This document shows, one piece after another, positions 8,605-18,858 of a stretch of 64,000 bases of DNA. Position 1 is the first letter of the stretch; each line of letters starts with the position of its first letter. Location: positions 3,747 to 67,746 of the forward strand of contig CAAFZT010000063.1 in NCBI GenBank assembly GCA_900767605.1, read 5' to 3'. The notes under the pieces are model-generated. The model made no database searches. It was not told the origin of the DNA and saw only the letters and a list, made by a program, of their open reading frames with translations. The position numbers were made by a program, and so were the translations under genes. Source of the DNA: Bacilli bacterium (GTDB lineage Bacteria > Bacillota_I > Bacilli_A > RFN20 > CAG-826).

Positions 8605-11489
8605 GATGCATTCCCCCTTGTAATCACTTTAAAGTTCGAATCGTACATATGGCCATTCTTATCAAAGTAATAAAGTCCAGCGGTCAATACCTTGCCTGAG
8701 GAATCCTTGATGTTATTAATTTTATGGGATGGGACATAATAAGTTCCGTTAGTCATAAGGGTTCCATCGTCTTCGGCAAGATAAACATGGGATTGGTTTT
8801 CGAATAATCCAAATCCCGCTTTAATTCCATTGTAATAGCAAATCCCTTTTGTAATGGTCATGTCGGAAGAAAAATTGCTCGTAATAGAATCAACGGACAC
8901 CATACGAAGCAATTTAGCCTCAGCATCAAAGAAATGACGGGCTTTGATACCACGGGCGGGGTTATCTCCACTTGCCATGGACATTAAAACGACCGACATA
9001 TTTTGATATGCGTATTGATTAGGGCCGAAATGATAATAGGCCCCATTTGTTGTATCTTTCCACCACTCGTTGCGTTTGCTGACCACGCCCTTATTCAAAT
9101 AATAATAATGGTCGTCAGCGGCGTTGTAAGATGTCGACGTAGTCTTCGAATAATAGAACAAACCCGTGTAGTTGCTCTGTTTTATATCGTCGTGCAGCAA
9201 AACCGTTTGAATGGTGTTGTCATCAAGCGTCTTGAACAAGCCAAATTTCTTAGCGTGCGCGGTAGAAACAGACCATCGATCAAGGACTTTGTCGTAAACT
9301 ACGTTAGAATTGGCTGGGAGTGCATCCGAGGTTATAGACAAATCCCCATTGCGGAATTGAATTCGATTAACGGGAATATTCCCATATGTGATCGTAACAC
9401 TGAATCCACTGCCTTCATTCTTTTCCGCCTGGTACGTATATTGATCCACTATTTTTGCAGCCTGTTCGGAAGCAAACAGCACATTCCCAGTTCTTTTTGA
9501 CGAAATGAAGGGGGCGGGGTTGCCCGTAACACACGAATACAGCCCGCATCCCGATTGAACTTCGACTGTGCCATTTACATCAAATAATGCATCAACAACA
9601 TTCTTGCGAATATTGGGTTTCGATCCTGTAGTGGGGCTATAGTAAACCGGCGCCATGGTAACACCATTGAATGCATACCCCGCCTTCCAATCGTCTTTTC
9701 CGTACAAGTAAACGGAACGGTTGTTTTTTATGACGTATTTCGATCCCTTTCCAACTTTAATCGTTGATCCTGGCAATAGACCAACATCTTGTTCAATCCC
9801 CACCGTAAAATCGCCTTCCGCTAGGTCAATGTCAATGTTGTTCGTAATAGGCAAGACGTATTGGGATGAATCAAAATCAACACCCAATTTAAAGTTGATG
9901 CTTCTAATGGCACCGTCGCCATGGATTTCAACTTGAAGACGGTCTTGCGTCGGCAGATACTTTTTCGTTAAATAGCCCCGAGTCAGCGAGAACATACCGT
10001 CATTGTCGGCCCCGATAAAACGAAAACTCGAATGATAGTCTCCAGCCCCAATACCAAGGAAGCCATATGTGTAAATACCTACAGTAACGATCTCTTTGGC
10101 TCCGTGATTTATAATCAGCTTGGCTTCAATGTTTTGAACAAAATATTGATTGAAGGGAAAAACGCGTTCGGAGCTTTCTTTAATTTTTTTAGTCGCTCCG
10201 CCTCCGCGATAACCGCCGATTTGAAACAACTCATAAACATTAGCCCCGCTTTTAGCTTCGACTTCACCATCTCCAGTAGCAAAACCCCAACAGTAAAAAT
10301 TACTTCCGGAATTTAAAATAACCTTTGCTCCAGCTTCAAGTTCTAATCGGCCATATCCACCAATAGGATATGAAGTATATTGAGCGCTAGCACAATACAT
10401 TTTCGACCCAACTGAAATCGAACTCCCGCCAGCGACATTTATTAACGTCCCGTTTTTCAAGGTCAATCGTCTAAATTCCACATTTGCTTCAGAGCCGCTT
10501 GTTTCAGGAACGAATTCGGGCTCAGTAGTTTCGAATGTGTTGGCAGAATCATAAGGTATTAGCAAGCGGACACCTTCATCGAGTGTGTAAGACCCAGCCT
10601 TCAATGTTCCACTTTTAGCAGTTACAACAGTTTTACCGGAAACCAATTTAGCCTTGGTAATTGCTTCTTTTAGGTCATCATAAGCAATTCCGGCCACAGA
10701 AAACATAGCAACAGAAGAATCGGTGGCCCTTGGAAAAACAACGTGATAGTTTTTCGTCAGTGAAAAACTATAATCCGATGAATTGGACACCAAGGAGCCG
10801 TCAACGTCCCACCCAACAAGCGAATATCCGGTATTTGGAACAAACTTTAAATTGTAAGCCCCGTAGGGTTTTGTTTTCGTGCATTCTTCTAATATTTCTG
10901 TTCCATCCACGAAAAAACGTCCAAGATTTATCGGAGAACAGGGTTTGAAAGTCACGGAATAAGTAAACGTTTGGCTGCACTGGATAGATGAAATCGAAAT
11001 GCTCGTAGTTTTATTGATGCCCTTGACTTCTAAATAGATTGTGAAAGATTGCCCGAAAGACAGCTTGCCTTCAATCGTTTGAGGCGCGGTTTTAATATCA
11101 TTGTCCCAAACGGTAACTTTTCCATTACCGCGGGGCGCGCTTGATATTTTAACGGCGTTGATCTTTAACGAAATATTCAAATCACCATTCGAAATATTTT
11201 TAATTTCAAGTATCGCTTCGCTCGTTCCGGTCCAGCCACCTCTGCTCACACTTCCTTGGAGCGTTCCTCCGCTATAGCTAAAACTACCATCCCCCGAATA
11301 GTTTGCAGACAACCCATCAATCCCAAGATTTAAATTGCCGCTGCTAATGGGCATAACCTGGGCATTTTCCGGTTCTTTTTCTTGTTCTACTATCGGTTTA
11401 CTTGCACATCCTGCCAATAACCCAAGCAATATGCCAAAAGAGGCAATCACACTTTTGAATGCTTTACGATGTCGAGAGAAGAATCCCAC
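8601..11489 (-). CDS. Giant surface lipoprotein with C-terminal YG-type wall-binding repeats, paralog of 3377..6499
   Basis: GTG start preceded by AAAGGAGG. Canonical lipobox 'LLAGC'. Central blocks shared with 3377..6499. C-terminal 'GLYYFDKNGHMYD', 'HVYLAEDDGTL', 'GAYYHFGPNQYAYQN'. Confidence 0.7.
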   Translation of the reverse strand: MGFFSRHRKAFKSVIASFGILLGLLAGCASKPIVEQEKEPENAQVMPISSGNLNLGIDGLSANYSGDGSFSYSGGTLQGSVSRGGWTGTSEAILEIKNISNGDLNISLKINAVKISSAPRGNGKVTVWDNDIKTAPQTIEGKLSFGQSFTIYLEVKGINKTTSISISSIQCSQTFTYSVTFKPCSPINLGRFFVDGTEILEECTKTKPYGAYNLKFVPNTGYSLVGWDVDGSLVSNSSDYSFSLTKNYHVVFPRATDSSVAMFSVAGIAYDDLKEAITKAKLVSGKTVVTAKSGTLKAGSYTLDEGVRLLIPYDSANTFETTEPEFVPETSGSEANVEFRRLTLKNGTLINVAGGSSISVGSKMYCASAQYTSYPIGGYGRLELEAGAKVILNSGSNFYCWGFATGDGEVEAKSGANVYELFQIGGYRGGGATKKIKESSERVFPFNQYFVQNIEAKLIINHGAKEIVTVGIYTYGFLGIGAGDYHSSFRFIGADNDGMFSLTRGYLTKKYLPTQDRLQVEIHGDGAIRSINFKLGVDFDSSQYVLPITNNIDIDLAEGDFTVGIEQDVGLLPGSTIKVGKGSKYVIKNNRSVYLYGKDDWKAGYAFNGVTMAPVYYSPTTGSKPNIRKNVVDALFDVNGTVEVQSGCGLYSCVTGNPAPFISSKRTGNVLFASEQAAKIVDQYTYQAEKNEGSGFSVTITYGNIPVNRIQFRNGDLSITSDALPANSNVVYDKVLDRWSVSTAHAKKFGLFKTLDDNTIQTVLLHDDIKQSNYTGLFYYSKTTSTSYNAADDHYYYLNKGVVSKRNEWWKDTTNGAYYHFGPNQYAYQNMSVVLMSMASGDNPARGIKARHFFDAEAKLLRMVSVDSITSNFSSDMTITKGICYYNGIKAGFGLFENQSHVYLAEDDGTLMTNGTYYVPSHKINNIKDSSGKVLTAGLYYFDKNGHMYDSNFKVITRGNAS

Positions 11490-11530
11490 GGTTATTGCCT
11501 CCTTTCTTGGTTAGTTAACGATTGAATGTA

Positions 11531-12610
11531 TTAGGCTCGCACCCAACGGGCGAAGAGTTTGATGTCGCCCCAGACGTTGGTGAGGTCGGTGAATTTGCCA
11601 GTCGTAGGTTTCACCACATTAGAAGTATACCACCCATCGAATTCATAGTTAGGACGAGACGCTAAAGGAACTTCGATGGATTCGCTATAGAAATTACGGC
11701 CCCGTTTGATTTGGATTTGGCTTTCCGCCTCGTATAAGAATTTAGCATCCGCGGCATTTAAATCAAAGGTGACGGTATAAAGCTGATTGGATTGATCGGC
11801 TAGAGAGATCATGAGTTGCCAGCCTTTATCCGCGTCAAAATAATAAATCGCGTTGCCATCTTGATCGTAATAGAAATCTCCCGCTTGCCCTTGGCTAGGA
11901 CGCGGGGCGCCTTTGCCGGAAATCCAGCCCGATTGACGTTTCAAAACAAACGATTCGGATTCGCCGTTAGAATAATGAAGCGTCACGGTGATATTGCCTT
12001 CTTCATCGGCACTCGACTCGCTAGAAACAACTCCGGTCCCTTGGGGGATGACGATACTATCATCAATCGAACCATCGCTAAAGGTAATCGTTAAGCGGAT
12101 CGAACCATCCGCCTGGGTTTGGGAAGCAATGGATTCGATGCCTTTGCCATCTTTCCCGTCTTGTCCCGGGTCTCCTTTTTCGCCTTTAGAAAGAGTGATT
12201 TGGTTTTTGTCCGTAGTTCCATCCGTATAATGGATCGTTAAGGTAATCGAACCATCCTCGTTATAGGTCGGTTCAATATAATCCAAAGAACGAACCGCGG
12301 GGACGGTGAAGGAGGTGGATTTGCCATCACTAGTTTTAAAGGTGATCGTCGTTTCCCCTTTTTCGTTTTTGGTCGCATTGACTTCGGTTACTCCAATCCC
12401 TGCTGGGACGGTAAAGGAGGTGGAGGGCTTATCTTCGTTCGCATAGATAATCGTGACTAACGTATCCCCGTTTTGAAGAGTCGTGGTATCTACGCGCGAA
12501 ATCGTAATCGCATCGTCTCCCGAAAAGAAGCCATTGCAGGAACTCGCTGTTCCTAATACTCCTAAGGCTAAGAAGCTTAGGGCAAGATGTTTGAGACTAC
12601 TTTTTTTCAT
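11531..12610 (-). CDS. Lipoprotein with five ~35-aa internal repeats, a short collagen-like G-X-Y run and a C-terminal Flg_new repeat
   Basis: Lipobox 'GTASSC'. Repeats of the pattern '..DG(S)I.LTI.(Y/F)(S/T)DG'. 'GEKGDPGQDGKDGKG'. 'YTVTFDLN...FDGWYTS...LFARW'. Confidence 0.65.
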   Translation of the reverse strand: MKKSSLKHLALSFLALGVLGTASSCNGFFSGDDAITISRVDTTTLQNGDTLVTIIYANEDKPSTSFTVPAGIGVTEVNATKNEKGETTITFKTSDGKSTSFTVPAVRSLDYIEPTYNEDGSITLTIHYTDGTTDKNQITLSKGEKGDPGQDGKDGKGIESIASQTQADGSIRLTITFSDGSIDDSIVIPQGTGVVSSESSADEEGNITVTLHYSNGESESFVLKRQSGWISGKGAPRPSQGQAGDFYYDQDGNAIYYFDADKGWQLMISLADQSNQLYTVTFDLNAADAKFLYEAESQIQIKRGRNFYSESIEVPLASRPNYEFDGWYTSNVVKPTTGKFTDLTNVWGDIKLFARWVRA

Positions 12611-12629
12611 ATTCGTTCTCCTTTTAGTT

Positions 12630-15146
12630 TTATAAGGCGCTTATTGCATTTTGTTTTAAGGTATCTAGACTTGGGTATTTGCCAAATCTAGAACCAGAAG
12701 AATCAAAGAAACCAAACTGGAAGGGATTAAATCCCGTAACCATCGTAACAATCCGGTAAAGAAGGTTCCAATAGACTTCTTGGCCTTCGGCAGGACGATA
12801 CAAGTAATAATGGACCAAATCGCAATCCTTGATGCCCGCGTAATGGTCATTAAAATTCTTCCACCGGTAGGTTTCTACGATGCTTCCATTATATCCGCCT
12901 CCATAGAAAGCGATGGGGACAGAGATGGTACCTTGCTCGTCATAGACAAGATTCTCGTCTTTGGCTAATTGGGTCAGTACTTCTTTTAAAGGGAAGATTG
13001 CATCAATCGAGATATCCTTATTGAGTTTTTGGATCTTATCCTTGATTTCATCGGGGAGGATAGAAATTAACCCCGTGAAATCCTGTTGGAGGATGCCATC
13101 TAACACGAAGTCGCTTGGCTTCTTATCATCAAAGAAATCCGTCTTGCCGATTAGATTCAACTTCGAAGGCGCCATATTGAAGGCCATGTTCTTGGGAACA
13201 AAGGGGACAAGGCTATGTCCGGCCCCGTCGATCGGAGTATTTAAGGCTTGGATTAAGGTTCCCATTAAAGACGGGGAGAGGTTATATAAGAAAGGTCCAT
13301 TAAAGGAATTTTCTAATCCAATCGGCGAGACGCCACTTCGATAGAAAAGGTCGTCTTCGACTTCTAGACTCGTCGCGTAATCGTGCAAGCCGGTCTTCGG
13401 ATGCGAGGCAGATTGCAAAGAGTTGATCGCTCCTTCTGCCGCGCGGGAAACGCTGGCATCTCCACCTAAACTTCCTAAATAACTTGTTAATACATCTTGT
13501 CCTGGGCCGTTAAGATAAGCATCATAAGCCGCGGATTTCTTAGAGCCATCAAGTTGCAAGAACGAAGAGGTGGCGCTAGGATCGACGGGAGTTGTCTCAT
13601 CGCTTCCTAGGGTAAGGCAGAAATTTAAAGCATCGCTTAAAAGGCAATTCACGATTTTAGAGTTTTTGGAAGAGAAGGCACGGACCACGTTTTTGCCGTT
13701 ATGGAGCTTGGAATTTCGAATTTCGATGTTGTCCCCGTGTAAATTCATTACGGTTCCTGCGTATTGCAGGAAGGAATAGGAATCCCCATAATCCGCGTTT
13801 TTAACGTCGAGGTCGTTAACGAGGATATTATTTCCATCTAGATAGATCCCTGCGTTATCTTCGCCGTATAGCCCAATAAGAGGGAAACGTTTCGGATCGC
13901 CCATGCAGTAAGTAAATAAAGGACCACGGAACAAATTGGAAGTCGTTAAGGAAGGGACCGTCGCGGTTTTGCCATCACTCGTCACCATCGTGGTCTTGCC
14001 ATAAGGATAAGCCAAGTTATGGAAATTAAGGGTATATCCATTCCCATAGAAATCCTTTTGGATGCGAAGTCCCGCGTAGAGGGATTTAGAAAGGATCGAA
14101 TCGCGATATAAGGACGAAGAGGAAGCAAATTCGTTCCAGGCATCGATATAAGCCGTGTTGCCCGTCGTCTCATGGGCATAGATTTCGTTTTTGAAATTCC
14201 ATTTGGCCGATCCATCTTTTTCTTTGCCTAAATAGGTGCCAAATAAGGCGACGTTATTTTTCTTGGCTACAGGCATCCCATTTTCGAGCTTCATATTCCC
14301 TTTTTCGTCTTTTAAAGCAAAGTTATCGAGGGATTCAAAAGATTTACGGAGGCAGATAATTTCACCCTGTTCCGACTGATTCGTACAACTTAATAAGGTG
14401 GAATAGTCATAGACATTGATGCCATTTTGAACGACGACAAAGCTCGTCTTACGGGTCTTACCATGATATTCCAAGGTAAAGAAAGCTTCTTCCAAAGGCT
14501 TTTGGATATCTTTGATCTGGACCGTTCCTTTATGGAGGTCCACCGAAAGATTGGAACTGGCTTCTTCTAGGCGTAACGCGTTCGTCGTATCCGCGGGGAA
14601 GGGGGTAAAAGCATATTCAATTGTTGCTTTCTTTTTATTCGCACCCGTTCCATCATATTCTCCATAATAGAGTTTCGAATCAATATTCGCGTTCGAGGCT
14701 TCTACCTTGGGCGTTACGGTTAATCCATAGGAAGAATAAAGCACCGCGGTCGTGGTCTTTTTAATCGTTCCCTTACGGTTCGAGACGCTTAAATAGACGT
14801 CGCCTTCTTTTAAGGGGGTTAAATAATAATCAAAATTGCCCTGACTATTGATGCGGTCAGAGACGGTTAAAGTGCAATAAACCTCTTCATCGCTAGGGTC
14901 CACGTTGACGACGTTCCAAACCAAATCATTGCCATAAGCTAACATGCAGGTCTTGTCGTAAATTTGTTCCGCTTCGAGTTTTATCGGTTGGGCTTGGATT
15001 TTAAAACCAACTTGGGAAGGATATTGCCATTCGATATCGATCAAATCCTTTTCGATGCGGTTAAACCCTCCCGTCGCGGTGCTGACGCCCAAAAAAGCCA
15101 CGACAAACGGGAAGAGAAGGAGGAAAACTAAATTACCCTTTTTCAT
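12630..15146 (-). CDS. Large secreted protein, possibly with a parallel beta-helix region
   Basis: N-terminal signal anchor. Ig-like N-terminal region. 'NIEIRNSKLHNGKNVVRAFSSKNSKIVNCLLSDALNFCL' looks like beta-helix coils. No catalytic motif recognised. Confidence 0.4.
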   Translation of the reverse strand: MKKGNLVFLLLFPFVVAFLGVSTATGGFNRIEKDLIDIEWQYPSQVGFKIQAQPIKLEAEQIYDKTCMLAYGNDLVWNVVNVDPSDEEVYCTLTVSDRINSQGNFDYYLTPLKEGDVYLSVSNRKGTIKKTTTAVLYSSYGLTVTPKVEASNANIDSKLYYGEYDGTGANKKKATIEYAFTPFPADTTNALRLEEASSNLSVDLHKGTVQIKDIQKPLEEAFFTLEYHGKTRKTSFVVVQNGINVYDYSTLLSCTNQSEQGEIICLRKSFESLDNFALKDEKGNMKLENGMPVAKKNNVALFGTYLGKEKDGSAKWNFKNEIYAHETTGNTAYIDAWNEFASSSSLYRDSILSKSLYAGLRIQKDFYGNGYTLNFHNLAYPYGKTTMVTSDGKTATVPSLTTSNLFRGPLFTYCMGDPKRFPLIGLYGEDNAGIYLDGNNILVNDLDVKNADYGDSYSFLQYAGTVMNLHGDNIEIRNSKLHNGKNVVRAFSSKNSKIVNCLLSDALNFCLTLGSDETTPVDPSATSSFLQLDGSKKSAAYDAYLNGPGQDVLTSYLGSLGGDASVSRAAEGAINSLQSASHPKTGLHDYATSLEVEDDLFYRSGVSPIGLENSFNGPFLYNLSPSLMGTLIQALNTPIDGAGHSLVPFVPKNMAFNMAPSKLNLIGKTDFFDDKKPSDFVLDGILQQDFTGLISILPDEIKDKIQKLNKDISIDAIFPLKEVLTQLAKDENLVYDEQGTISVPIAFYGGGYNGSIVETYRWKNFNDHYAGIKDCDLVHYYLYRPAEGQEVYWNLLYRIVTMVTGFNPFQFGFFDSSGSRFGKYPSLDTLKQNAISAL

Positions 15147-15147
15147 C

Positions 15148-16740
15148 TTAGTTTCCTACCTCCATATCATCCCAGAGGTTCTTCTTTTGCTTCATAAAAT
15201 AAAGGACTCCAGGAAGAGAGATTGCTAGTAGCACGGCAAAGGCAATCAAATAGATGATTCCTACTGGTAAACGTAAAAACGAGAATAAGGCGGCAATCCC
15301 TAAGAATAGAAAAGGCGCCCCATAACTATATAAAGAAGATAATAAGGTGAGATTCGCTCCCGACCTCGTTTTCTTCATTTCTTCCATTAAGCGGAGCAAG
15401 GACAAGGAGAATAAAGCAACTTCTCCAAATAGATAGGCAAGCCAGGTGGCTCCAGCCCCTAAAACTCCAGTAGAAGAAACTACAATCGAGGTGATAAGGA
15501 ACGATACCGAAGAAGCAAGGAAAGTCGGAGCAAATTTCAAGACGAGTTGCTTCATGGGGGAGAAAGGAATCGTCTTTAAAATCTTCATCGCTTCCCCTTC
15601 TCTTCCAAAATAATCCATGCCCCCGCTAGAGACGCAAAGAAATAACATCAAAAGGGCAAAGAAATTGATGTAGGTCGCTAGATTGGGGAACGAAACAAAA
15701 TAATAAGCAACGGTCCCACTAGAAAAGACGGTATTTAAGGCATAGAGGATCGAATAAGCAAGATAGGGGCTTAATAATAAGAACCCTGCAAAAGAGAATA
15801 GGCTAGTCGAATCGCGGAAAAGCAAAATGAATTCCTTTTTAAAATAGGCTTTCTCGGGGCTTAACGGCTTAAAACGGATTTTAGGAACCCTAGTATGGGC
15901 TTTGGCTCCCCCGCCGATATTACGGCTATAAAAAGGAACCGATAGCAATAAGCCAAGGATAAAGGCAAAAAGGCTAAAGGCCGCCCATAATAGTAACCCG
16001 CTACTAGAACCCGCGAAGAAAAGCTGAACCAAATAATTGGCGACGATCCAGTATATACGGTTCGCCACCATCTTGGATAAATTCGCGTCGGTTAAGAAGG
16101 CGTTGATGCCACTCCCTGAAACCAAAGAAACAAAGACGTCGAGAAGTTTAGCGTAGGCAAAAGCCCCTAGTCCCAAAAGAATAGCAATCACGATAAATTC
16201 TAGATAGGGGCGGGAAGATAATAATTGCTTGAAATAATGGAAGGGATAAACAAGGGCTAAAGCTAGACCCACTTCAAAAAAGAAGGTCATCAAGGGATAA
16301 AAGATTCCAAGGAAATAGAATAAGACGAGTTTACGGAAAACGAGTCCATAAGATAAAAGAACAGGATAAACAAAGAGAAAATCAAGAAGATAATGGGACC
16401 CCAGTAGTAGAATCAACTTGGAGAATATCTTTTTGGCGGGGGAAATCGGAAGGATATCCATGTCACGACGGTCTGATTCGTCGAAGAGGAGTTTTTCGGC
16501 TTGAAGCAACGAGAACAAAATCGAGAACAAAGAAACGATAAATAGAAATAAAGTCGTAAAGCTTAAAGAAGCCCCCGGGAAAGAAGATAATTTGGTAAGG
16601 ATTTCGCGGTAGAGATAGCTTTCAACAAAAACTAACACCCCAAGGCCAAGGACCAAAAAGAGGACGCGAAGGAAAAGGGAGACCCCTTTTTCTTTGCCTC
16701 CTAAAAGCAATTTGATGTCTTTCGCGATGAGATTCAGCAT
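15148..16740 (-). CDS. Polytopic membrane protein, putative ABC exporter permease
   Basis: 530 aa, almost entirely hydrophobic helices. Its ATG overlaps the TAA of the upstream ABC ATPase gene by 1 nt (TAATG). Confidence 0.6.
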   Translation of the reverse strand: MLNLIAKDIKLLLGGKEKGVSLFLRVLFLVLGLGVLVFVESYLYREILTKLSSFPGASLSFTTLFLFIVSLFSILFSLLQAEKLLFDESDRRDMDILPISPAKKIFSKLILLLGSHYLLDFLFVYPVLLSYGLVFRKLVLFYFLGIFYPLMTFFFEVGLALALVYPFHYFKQLLSSRPYLEFIVIAILLGLGAFAYAKLLDVFVSLVSGSGINAFLTDANLSKMVANRIYWIVANYLVQLFFAGSSSGLLLWAAFSLFAFILGLLLSVPFYSRNIGGGAKAHTRVPKIRFKPLSPEKAYFKKEFILLFRDSTSLFSFAGFLLLSPYLAYSILYALNTVFSSGTVAYYFVSFPNLATYINFFALLMLFLCVSSGGMDYFGREGEAMKILKTIPFSPMKQLVLKFAPTFLASSVSFLITSIVVSSTGVLGAGATWLAYLFGEVALFSLSLLRLMEEMKKTRSGANLTLLSSLYSYGAPFLFLGIAALFSFLRLPVGIIYLIAFAVLLAISLPGVLYFMKQKKNLWDDMEVGN

Positions 16741-17510
16741 TATTTCTCTTTCTCCTCGCTTTCATAGACTTCAAAGAAGGTGCGTTTTAAGCTAAGTCGC
16801 GCATTCGGGTTCTTCTTTAAATCGAGCAACAAGGCGATTTTGCCATGATTTAAAATAGCAACGCGGTCACATAATTCACGGACTAAATCGATATTATGGC
16901 TAGTAAGCAAGACCGTTTGGCCATTATCCGCGTATTCGCGCATCATCTTCGTTAATTCTTCTACGGCCATGACGTCGAGACCAACGGTCGGCTCATCAAG
17001 GATCCAAATTTCCGGGCGATGGAGAAGGGAAGCAATTAAGCAGAGCTTCTGCTTCATGCCGTGGCTATATCCCGAATTCGGACGGCTTAAGGCTTCTTCG
17101 CTTAAGTCTAAGCGCTTGGCGAGGTATTTCGCGTTATTCGCAAAATCCACCTGGGACACGGAATAAACGGAAGCGATGAAATCTAAATATTCGTATCCCG
17201 TCATCGATTCGTAGCAATTCGGTTCACTAGCAACGTAGCCAAAATGGGCTTTCGCTTCTAACGGATGAAGCAAAATATCGTCGCCTAGGATTTTAATTTC
17301 GCCGCTTTGAAATTTCTTGCAGCCGATGACGCAGTCAATGGTCGTGGATTTACCAACGCCGTTTTTCCCTAAAAAGCCAAAAACCTCTCCTTTTTTGACT
17401 TGGAGATTGAGTCCTTGGATGACTTCTTTCTTGCCGTAGCTTTTATGGAGTTCATTAATTTCCAGGGCACATTCAGAGGAAGGGAGTTTTTCTAAATGAT
17501 TGAAATCCAT
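16740..17510 (-). CDS. ABC transporter ATP-binding protein
   Basis: Walker A 'GKNGVGKST', signature-like 'YSHGMKQKL', Walker B 'ILDEPTVGLD', H-loop 'TSHN'. I chose the start at M12 (MDFNHLEK), which overlaps the upstream stop as TAATG. Confidence 0.9.
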   Translation of the reverse strand: MDFNHLEKLPSSECALEINELHKSYGKKEVIQGLNLQVKKGEVFGFLGKNGVGKSTTIDCVIGCKKFQSGEIKILGDDILLHPLEAKAHFGYVASEPNCYESMTGYEYLDFIASVYSVSQVDFANNAKYLAKRLDLSEEALSRPNSGYSHGMKQKLCLIASLLHRPEIWILDEPTVGLDVMAVEELTKMMREYADNGQTVLLTSHNIDLVRELCDRVAILNHGKIALLLDLKKNPNARLSLKRTFFEVYESEEKEK

Positions 17511-18841
17511 TATTCTTCTTCCTCCTTTTGGCTCAATACCCATAAGCGGGTTTGCTTTTTCTTAGTTTGAATAAAGGCGTATTTGCTATGGCAGTGCGGA
17601 CATTCTTTGACGTATCCTTCTTCTAGCATTCCCTTTTCACCACATACCGGGCAATAAAGGGAATATAAGGGGATCGAAGCTTCCTTTAATTCTCCTTTGC
17701 CTTGGAAAAGACGCTTTAATAACGCTTCTTCTCCATCTTCTTGGTGGATAGGAAGATATTTCTTTCTTCCTAGGATCGCCGTATCCCAAATGGAGAGGAC
17801 ATCGATTTCATCGTAGGCAGAAGTTTCTCCTGCGTATTTCCCTAAGCTAAACCCTTCTAAGGAATCGCTAGCGGTAAATAACAGCAAATATTTCGCGGTA
17901 GGATGGTCTTCTTTCCCAAGGGGAGTAAGTTCAAAACGTAACGCATCAAAATCAACGCGGTTGATGACCAATAAGAAATCCTTGGAAATCAAACGGATAT
18001 CTTTCGAATGGGTTAAGAAATCGTTTTTGGGGTCCATAGAAACCCGGCTGGATTTAGGGGACAAGGCAAAGCCGCCATTTAAGAGAAGCTTTAAAATATA
18101 GCAATAGAAATAGGTGCCTAAATCTTCGGTGGCGCTATTATTACGGCCATATTGGCTGATTTCAAGGTAAAAGCGGTACACCCGGTGATACAGGCGGTCC
18201 GACTTTAAGATGTTCGTTGGATAAATCCGGGGAAGATCGCAATTAGCTTTGGAAACGATCCGATAGAAATCGCTTTTTTGAATCCTCTCGATTTTACTAA
18301 ATAAACGGGGGAACGCGCATAAGGCTTCGTAGGTGCGATCGCTATCTAAGCTTAAGCGAGTCGAATTCACCAAATGAATGCGATTTTCATAGAAGGCTTT
18401 CCGGTGACGTAATTCTTTTTCGATTCGGCGTAAGGCCATCACAATGAAAAGGTTCTCGTAGATTAAAATATCGTCTTCGTTTTCTTTGTGATGGACGTAT
18501 TCCGGTTCCATTCTCCCCGCTTTATTTTTCCATAAGGCCGGATCGCGGAGGGTTTTGGCAAAGGAATCATTGCTTAACGAACCCGCTTGATCGGCACGAA
18601 GAATCGTCTCCACGTTTTTGGAGACTACATGCGGCTTATGGCAGATCGTTTCTATGATCGACAAAATATGAGAGGCTTCCTCGAAGAAGGCAAAGTCTCC
18701 ATCGATGAAAGCCCCTTGTAACGATAGAAAGGGGGAAGAAGAAAGCGAGTCAAAGAACCCGCGGATCGTCGGGCTTGAACTCTTCAACGAAGCAATATGT
18801 GTACTAGCTTCTTGAAGCCGCCTTTCTTCTTCCTTTCTCAT
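17510..18841 (-). CDS. Partner of the McrB-like NTPase (McrC/DUF2357-like N-terminal region?) with a C-terminal Zn-ribbon
   Basis: 'DDILIYENLFIVMALRRIEKEL' and 'PTNILKSDRLYHRVYRFY' align with 'DVDYQIYENRFVWSLINKAALFIEKRY' and 'RTNMIVKEPHYHACYELW' of 62741..64000. C-terminal 'CPVCGEKG...CPHCHSKY'. No clear PD-(D/E)XK motif seen. Confidence 0.5.
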   Translation of the reverse strand: MRKEEERRLQEASTHIASLKSSSPTIRGFFDSLSSSPFLSLQGAFIDGDFAFFEEASHILSIIETICHKPHVVSKNVETILRADQAGSLSNDSFAKTLRDPALWKNKAGRMEPEYVHHKENEDDILIYENLFIVMALRRIEKELRHRKAFYENRIHLVNSTRLSLDSDRTYEALCAFPRLFSKIERIQKSDFYRIVSKANCDLPRIYPTNILKSDRLYHRVYRFYLEISQYGRNNSATEDLGTYFYCYILKLLLNGGFALSPKSSRVSMDPKNDFLTHSKDIRLISKDFLLVINRVDFDALRFELTPLGKEDHPTAKYLLLFTASDSLEGFSLGKYAGETSAYDEIDVLSIWDTAILGRKKYLPIHQEDGEEALLKRLFQGKGELKEASIPLYSLYCPVCGEKGMLEEGYVKECPHCHSKYAFIQTKKKQTRLWVLSQKEEEE

Positions 18842-18858
18842 GATAACCCCTTTCTGGA

